Positions 47,163 to 64,000 of a stretch of DNA of 64,000 nt are shown here, one piece after another. How positions within the stretch are numbered: the stretch's first letter is position 1; each line of letters opens with the position of its first letter. The position numbers and the translations under genes were made by a program. The notes under the pieces are model-generated. The model had not been told where the DNA came from. It searched no databases and saw only the letters and a list, made by a program, of their open reading frames with translations. Origin of the DNA: Eledone cirrhosa (lineage: Eukaryota); contig CAXHJY010000497.1 in assembly GCA_964016885.1 (NCBI GenBank), positions 5,822 to 69,821 on the forward strand, in the 5' to 3' direction.

Positions 47163-47571
47163 TATATATATATCTACACATATACATATATATACATATA
47201 TATCTACATATATACATATATATATACATATATACATATATATATATACATATATATATATACATATATACATATATATATATACATATATACAAATATA
47301 TACATATATATATACATATATACATATATATACATACATATATACATATATATACATATATATATACACATATATATACATATATATATACACATATACA
47401 TATATATATATACATATATATATATATACACATATATATATACACATATATATACATATATATATACACATATACATATATATATATACATATATATATA
47501 TATACACATATATATATACATATATATATACACATATACATATATATATATAAATATATATATATATACAC

Positions 47572-47602
<31 letters not shown>

Positions 47603-48073
47603 CATATACATATATATATACATATACATATATATACATATACATATATATATACATATACATATATATATACATATATATATACATATATATATATATA
47701 CATATATATATACATATACATATACATATACATATATATATATATACATATACACATATATATATATATACATATACACATATATATACATATACATATA
47801 TACATATATATACATATACATATATACATATATACATATACACATATATATACATATACATATATACATATATATATACATATATATATACATATATATA
47901 TACATATATATATACATATATATATACATATATATATACATATATATATACATATATATATACATATATATATACATATATTATATACACATATACATAT
48001 ACATATATATATACATATATATATACATATATATATATATATATTATATATATACATATACATATATATATAC

Positions 48074-48127
<54 letters not shown>

Positions 48128-48937
48128 ATACATATATATATACATATATATATACATATATATATACATATATATATACATATATATATACATATATATA
48201 TACACATATATATATACATATATATATACATATATATATACATATATATATATATATACATATATATATACATATATATATACATATATATATACATATA
48301 TATATACATATATATATATACACATAAATATACACATATATATATACAAATATATATACACATATATATATATATACATATATATATATACATATATATA
48401 TATACATATATATATATACATATATATATATACATATATATATATACATATATATATATACATATATATATATACATATATATATATACATATATATATA
48501 CATATATATATATACATATATATATATACATATATATATATACATATATATATATACATATATATATATACATATATATATATACATATATATATATACA
48601 TATATATATATACATATATATATATACATATATATATACATATATATATATACATATATATATATACATATATATATATACATATATATATATACATATA
48701 TATATACATATATATATACATATATATATACATATATATATACATATATACATATACATATACATATATATATACATATACATATATATATACATATACG
48801 TATATATATACATACATATACATATATATATACATATATACATATATATATACATATACATATATATATACATATACATATATATATACATATACATATA
48901 CACATATATATATACATATACATATATATATATACAT
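45554..48937. repeat. interrupted (TA)n/(TACA) array
   Basis: direct inspection. Confidence 0.97.
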
Positions 48938-49396
48938 ATGGTGGCTGCCAACTCGTTTTCGAGTACGGCCACTACTTTATATCCATGTAGGAGAACCCCT
49001 ACCGATGCGCTGAACGAGTGTGACTTTTTAGTCCAGCCAGCGACTTGAAAACTCTGGTACAAACACTACACTTGTGACAATTATTGACACATAGTGCTTT
49101 ACCTTTGGTACCATGTGACGACAAGTGCAGAGAGATCTCCAGATACAAAGCAATGCCTGTGCCATGAAGCTTTTATAGTGAGCAAAGGCACTGCACAAAG
49201 CCAGTCCCACTCTCTTAACCAAGATGATATTTACCAAAAAGAAGAACAAGTCAACATCATTGGATACCATCAGGGTTGCAGGTGTTATATCAGAGTTTTC
49301 CTTCTCCTAGAATTCTGCCTTGACAAAGGCTAAGGGGTCATCTCTCCCGGTGATTTTGGATGGCCATTGACTCTTAAGAGCTCCTTTGCCCTTTGA
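48938..49396 (-). mobile_element. bipartite, internally deleted RTE-derived non-autonomous element (third RTE lineage)
   Basis: minus strand has the recalled RTE 5'-region motif ctaggagaaggaaaactctga, then a C2H2 finger [23 protein letters not shown], then 3' hairpin ctcg-aaaa-cgag ending in ccaccat. Confidence 0.65.
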
Positions 49397-51324
<1,928 letters not shown>

Positions 51325-51410
51325 ACTTTGAATAACTTTGAAATGTTTTTGGCCAGTATTGGCCCAGGCCATGTCTAACTTAATAGCACCACCTGGCGAA
51401 GTCTTTCAAT

Positions 51411-54400
51411 TCAGGATTTGGGCACCATGGCCCATTCGAGAAGAGAATTACTGTTTGCGGAGACATATCCGGGTGTGGGTGGTTTGTCCGGGATTACTTG
51501 GAGGAATTTGTCCAAAGACTTCTTGAATTTTGTGTGGTCAGTTTCTGTTTTGACGTGTCCTGGTGTGATGTTGAAGAGAGCAGGGCCGATTGAGGTGAAA
51601 TAATTGTGCCGTATTGTTGTTATGAGTTGCGATTTAGATTTTTGAATGGGACGGATAGCACGGGGCCCAAGCCTTGGGTGTATCTTGAAGGCGATGCCAA
51701 CATCATTTGGGCAGTGATGATGGAACATTTTCCACATCATGCAGATAATATAACGCTCACGGCGACGTTGGAGTGAGTAAAGTTTCAGGTTTTCTAATCG
51801 ACCCCAGTAGTCAAGTTCTGACATGCCATCTATCTTTTTCGTGATTGCCCTTTGAGGAGCTTCAAGTTTCATGATACTTTGTTTCGTGTGGGGAGACCAC
51901 AGTGGACAACAGTATTCAAGGTGTGGTCGGGCGAAAGTAGAGAAGAGAAGGATAATGGTGCGGGAATCTCTCGACTGGAAGGTTCTGAGGATCCAGGAAC
52001 ACATTCTGCGGGCCATGTCAACTTTGCTGCTTATATGCGTGGTCCAGCTTATGTTGCTGTCCACGGTTACTCCCAAGTCTCTGATGTTGTTAGATGCCAC
52101 GAGAGTTTCCCCGGAGGGAAGGGAGTACGGGAGTTTCAGAGCATCCTCTTTTCCAAAGTGGATCAGTTCGAATTTGTCTTCGTTCAGTAACATGTTGTTC
52201 TTTTCTGCCCATTGGGTAACAGCCAGTAGGTCTGACTGAAGGCTTATCCGGTCATCCACGCCATTGATGACCTTTTGGAGCTTGGAATCATCAGCGAAAA
52301 TTTTAATGTTGCTGTGTTTGATGATGTCAGTGATGTCATTAATATAGATGATGAAGAGAAGTGGGCCCAACACAGTGCCTTGTGGGACCCCACTACTGAC
52401 TTTGGCTGGGCTTGATTTGACTCCCTCAACTACAACATGTTGGGTTCTGTTTGACAGGAAGCTCTTGATCCACTGCAGCAGCTTTCCAGTGACACCAATA
52501 TTGGACAGCTTTCGCAGTAGAATGTTATGATCAACCCTGTCAAAGGCCTTGCTGAAATCAAGGTAGATAACATCAGTGTTGGAACCCTCTCCCAAGGCTC
52601 TCAAAATGTCATCAAAGTGATGCAGTAGCTGCGTCAGGCAATCCCTTCCATTACGGAATCCATGCTGGTTGGAGTTCAGCATATTGTTACTCTCAAGGAA
52701 GTGGGTCATTCGCGATCTCACCACTCGCTCAAATACCTTAATGATATGAGAGGTGAGTGAGATTGGACGGTAATTCACGGCAAGGGATTTGTTTCCCTTT
52801 TTGAAAACTGGGACAACAGACTGGGATAGAAGGTTTTCTGGCACATATCCAGCATACAGTGAGTTCCGCCACAGATTGGCAAGAGGAGATGCAAGTTGGT
52901 GTTGACACGCCTTCAAGACACAAGCAGGGAACCTATCGGGACCTACTGCTGAATTATGCTTGATTTCCTTTATTGCCGCCAAGACATCAGGGGCGCCAAA
53001 CGTTATGTCCGATAAGGTGTAATGGGGAGTAACATCGCCGATACAGCCCAGATCGGCCATATCAGGATTGCTGAAAACAGAGCAGTATTGTTTCTGCAGT
53101 ATCTCACCCATGGTTTTAGCATTGTCTTGAAGAGTGCCATTTTCATCAATTAGAGGGCTAACAGTAGAGCCAGTGATTTTGTGTTTTTTTGCAAATGAAA
53201 AGAACACTTTGGGATTGAGTTTGATCTTCTCAATGGCCCAGGCCTCTTCAGCTCTTCTCTGATTGTTGATGAGGGACATTATGTTGTTTTGGAGGTTATG
53301 TTTTTTAATCTCTAGTGATGAAATGGCAGTCAAGTTGATGTGTTGCTGCTGACAGTATTTCAGCTTGTTGATTTTTTTGTTCGTTCTCTTAATTTTTCTG
53401 ATGAGCGTTTTTCTATTTCTAGGGATTCTGCTCTTAGATTTGTTTATAGTTCTTAATGGGGTGTGTTTAGCACATATGTTTGTAACAGTGTCCACAAATG
53501 TCTGCCAGGACTTTTTGATGTTAGTGGGTGTATGAGTGTGCGTGAAGGACCAGTCGACATGTGCAAGATCATGACTGATCGCTTCCCAGTTTGCATTGTG
53601 GAAATCCATAGCGTCAAACGGATGGACAGGAGAGATGACATTGGGTTTGTATATTGGACGGTGGAATCTCAGATCACAGAGAACCATGTCATGATCAGAG
53701 AGTAGAGTTTTCTCCACTGCAATATTGTGGATATTGTCAGTGTGATTGCTGAAAATTAAGTCTAGGACGTTTTTGTGGCACCTCGTTGGTTCGAGCACCA
53801 GTTGGGATAGGAAGAAATCATCCATGAAGTCAAGAAGCGATTCCACAGCTTCCCTGTCAGAGGTTGAGGCAGAAGAACCTGGTGGCAGGCTGTTTGTGGA
53901 CCAGTCAACTCCGGGGAGGTTGAAGTCCCCCATCATTAAGATGTTGTCAGGGTGACACTCTTGGATGAAACACTTTATGCTGTTGAGGCATTCCTTGAAG
54001 CATGGTACAGGCGTTTGGGGTGGCCTATAGAGCCCAACTACTAATAGGTTGTTGGTTTGACTGAATACAGTGACTGCTTCACAGTATCCATTAGTGAATA
54101 TGTTCATAGCCTCTGTTGAGAAAGAATTATGGACATAAATGGCAGTTCCGCCCTTTCTTCTGCCAGTGCGATCAGCACGGATGGCTTTGAAATTTTTCAC
54201 TTTCACCTCGGCTTCCAAGTGGAGGTTACTGAGATGGGTTTCAGTGAGGACGAAGAAAGGGATGTGGTTTGGATGGACATCAATCCAGTCCTCCAGGAAT
54301 TTGATCTTCCATTTTTGAGTATTGGTGGAAGGGCTGATGCCTTGGGCGTTAAGCAAAAATGTAGAGGCGAGAGTGGATGGTTTTAATTGTTTTGGTGTGT

Positions 54401-54431
54401 TATTAATTTGTTTGTTTGTTAATGGCAGCAA
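51411..54431 (-). CDS. CR1-like ORF2: AP endonuclease + reverse transcriptase (~1006 aa, no N-terminal ATG)
   Basis: [70 protein letters not shown]. Confidence 0.92.
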   Translation of the reverse strand: MLPLTNKQINNTPKQLKPSTLASTFLLNAQGISPSTNTQKWKIKFLEDWIDVHPNHIPFFVLTETHLSNLHLEAEVKVKNFKAIRADRTGRRKGGTAIYVHNSFSTEAMNIFTNGYCEAVTVFSQTNNLLVVGLYRPPQTPVPCFKECLNSIKCFIQECHPDNILMMGDFNLPGVDWSTNSLPPGSSASTSDREAVESLLDFMDDFFLSQLVLEPTRCHKNVLDLIFSNHTDNIHNIAVEKTLLSDHDMVLCDLRFHRPIYKPNVISPVHPFDAMDFHNANWEAISHDLAHVDWSFTHTHTPTNIKKSWQTFVDTVTNICAKHTPLRTINKSKSRIPRNRKTLIRKIKRTNKKINKLKYCQQQHINLTAISSLEIKKHNLQNNIMSLINNQRRAEEAWAIEKIKLNPKVFFSFAKKHKITGSTVSPLIDENGTLQDNAKTMGEILQKQYCSVFSNPDMADLGCIGDVTPHYTLSDITFGAPDVLAAIKEIKHNSAVGPDRFPACVLKACQHQLASPLANLWRNSLYAGYVPENLLSQSVVPVFKKGNKSLAVNYRPISLTSHIIKVFERVVRSRMTHFLESNNMLNSNQHGFRNGRDCLTQLLHHFDDILRALGEGSNTDVIYLDFSKAFDRVDHNILLRKLSNIGVTGKLLQWIKSFLSNRTQHVVVEGVKSSPAKVSSGVPQGTVLGPLLFIIYINDITDIIKHSNIKIFADDSKLQKVINGVDDRISLQSDLLAVTQWAEKNNMLLNEDKFELIHFGKEDALKLPYSLPSGETLVASNNIRDLGVTVDSNISWTTHISSKVDMARRMCSWILRTFQSRDSRTIILLFSTFARPHLEYCCPLWSPHTKQSIMKLEAPQRAITKKIDGMSELDYWGRLENLKLYSLQRRRERYIICMMWKMFHHHCPNDVGIAFKIHPRLGPRAIRPIQKSKSQLITTIRHNYFTSIGPALFNITPGHVKTETDHTKFKKSLDKFLQVIPDKPPTPGYVSANSNSLLEWAMVPKS

Positions 54432-54643
54432 TGGGGGTTTGTGCAGTGGGGTGATAGTGGAGGGTGGTGCTGGGTGATAGCTCGAATGTTTTTTTCCAGT
54501 TCTTTTGCCAGATTCATTATGGCTAAAAAAGAGGAAGAAGTTTCCTGTTTAGAAGACTGTTGGTGACTGTGGTAGTGGTTATTTTTATGTAGGTTATGGT
54601 TTTTGTTTTTGCTTTTATTTTTAATTTTATTTTCATTTGTCCT
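54419..54643 (-). pseudogene. probable C-terminal remnant of CR1 ORF1
   Basis: open frame [10 protein letters not shown]...[18 protein letters not shown]...HCCH* overlapping the start of ORF2. Confidence 0.5.
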
Positions 54644-54663
54644 ACATATATACATATATATAA

Positions 54664-54705
<42 letters not shown>

Positions 54706-55293
54706 TAGATTATATAAATATATATACATATATATAAATATATATAGATATATATAAATATATATAGATATATATAAATATATATACATATATATAAATA
54801 TATATAGATATATATAAATATATATACATATATATAAATATATATACATTTATATAAATATATATACATATATATAAATATATATAGATATATATAAATA
54901 TATATAGATATATATAAATATATATACATTTATATAAATATATATACATTTATATAAATATATATACATATATATAAATATATATACATTTATATAAATA
55001 TATATACATTTATATAAATATATATACATATATATAAATATATATACATTTATATAAATATATATACATATATATACATTTATATAAATATATATATACA
55101 TATATATAAATATATATATACATATATATAAATATATATAAATATATATACATATATATAAATATATATATACATATATATAAATATACATATATATAAA
55201 TATATATATATAAATATATATATACATATATATATACATATATATAAATATATATATACATATATATAAATATATATATACATATATATAATA

Positions 55294-55326
<33 letters not shown>

Positions 55327-55331
55327 GTAAA

Positions 55332-55364
<33 letters not shown>

Positions 55365-55420
55365 GTAAATATATATATATATATATATATATGTAAATAT
55401 ATATATATATATATATATAT

Positions 55421-55453
<33 letters not shown>

Positions 55454-55471
55454 AATATATATATATATATG

Positions 55472-55543
<72 letters not shown>

Positions 55544-55545
55544 AA

Positions 55546-55590
<45 letters not shown>

Positions 55591-55596
55591 ATATAC

Positions 55597-55627
<31 letters not shown>

Positions 55628-55647
55628 CATGTATACATATATATATA
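54644..55647. repeat. TA-derived minisatellite (20-bp TATATAAATATATATA[CATA/GATA/CATT] units, then GTAAAT-interrupted TA)
   Basis: direct inspection. Confidence 0.9.
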
Positions 55648-55860
55648 TTAAAATATAGAGAAAAATACTGCAGGTAGCACATGATAACATGTAATAAAAT
55701 AAGTCCCTCATCAGTGATTTGCCGAAGATCATAGATATTTCATTGCATTAAAAATCATATATCTCACTTCGGTGCAATAATAACCAAAATAAGTTATTAG
55801 GACATTAAACCGCGTAAAGCGAGTGAGACAGAACAACAGAAAATATAGCATACCGTGGGG

Positions 55861-64000
<8,140 letters not shown>

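Overview
Eukaryotic, extremely AT-rich repeat region. It is probably a cephalopod (Octopus-like) genome, judged only from recalled SINE/LINE tail motifs. More than half of the window is interrupted (TA)n microsatellite, and all the IY-repeat ORFs in the track are artefacts of it. No host gene can be supported. The (TA)n tracts host: (i) three insertions of one Penelope-like element (PLE; RT + Cys linker + C-terminal GIY-YIG), each with inverted, 3'-ends-outward architecture and a hammerhead ribozyme (HHR) in the 3' pLTR; (ii) a near-perfect 12-copy array of a 310-bp non-coding unit (15873-19592). Every monomer carries a minimal type I HHR (CUGAUGA...GAAA-CGCG-UA) and is highly self-complementary, and the array is folded into a giant palindrome with the same outward-facing geometry as the PLEs. 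This is a candidate PLE-mobilised retrozyme/circular RNA and the most interesting signal here; (iii) two more unrelated minimal HHR-bearing units (386-428 and 5620-5661); (iv) RTE-clade LINEs (one apparently intact, 1022 aa), RTE-derived bipartite non-autonomous elements, and two CR1-like LINE families, almost all on the minus strand; (v) two old SINEs. Ribozyme activity, expression and mobilisation are inferences from sequence only.
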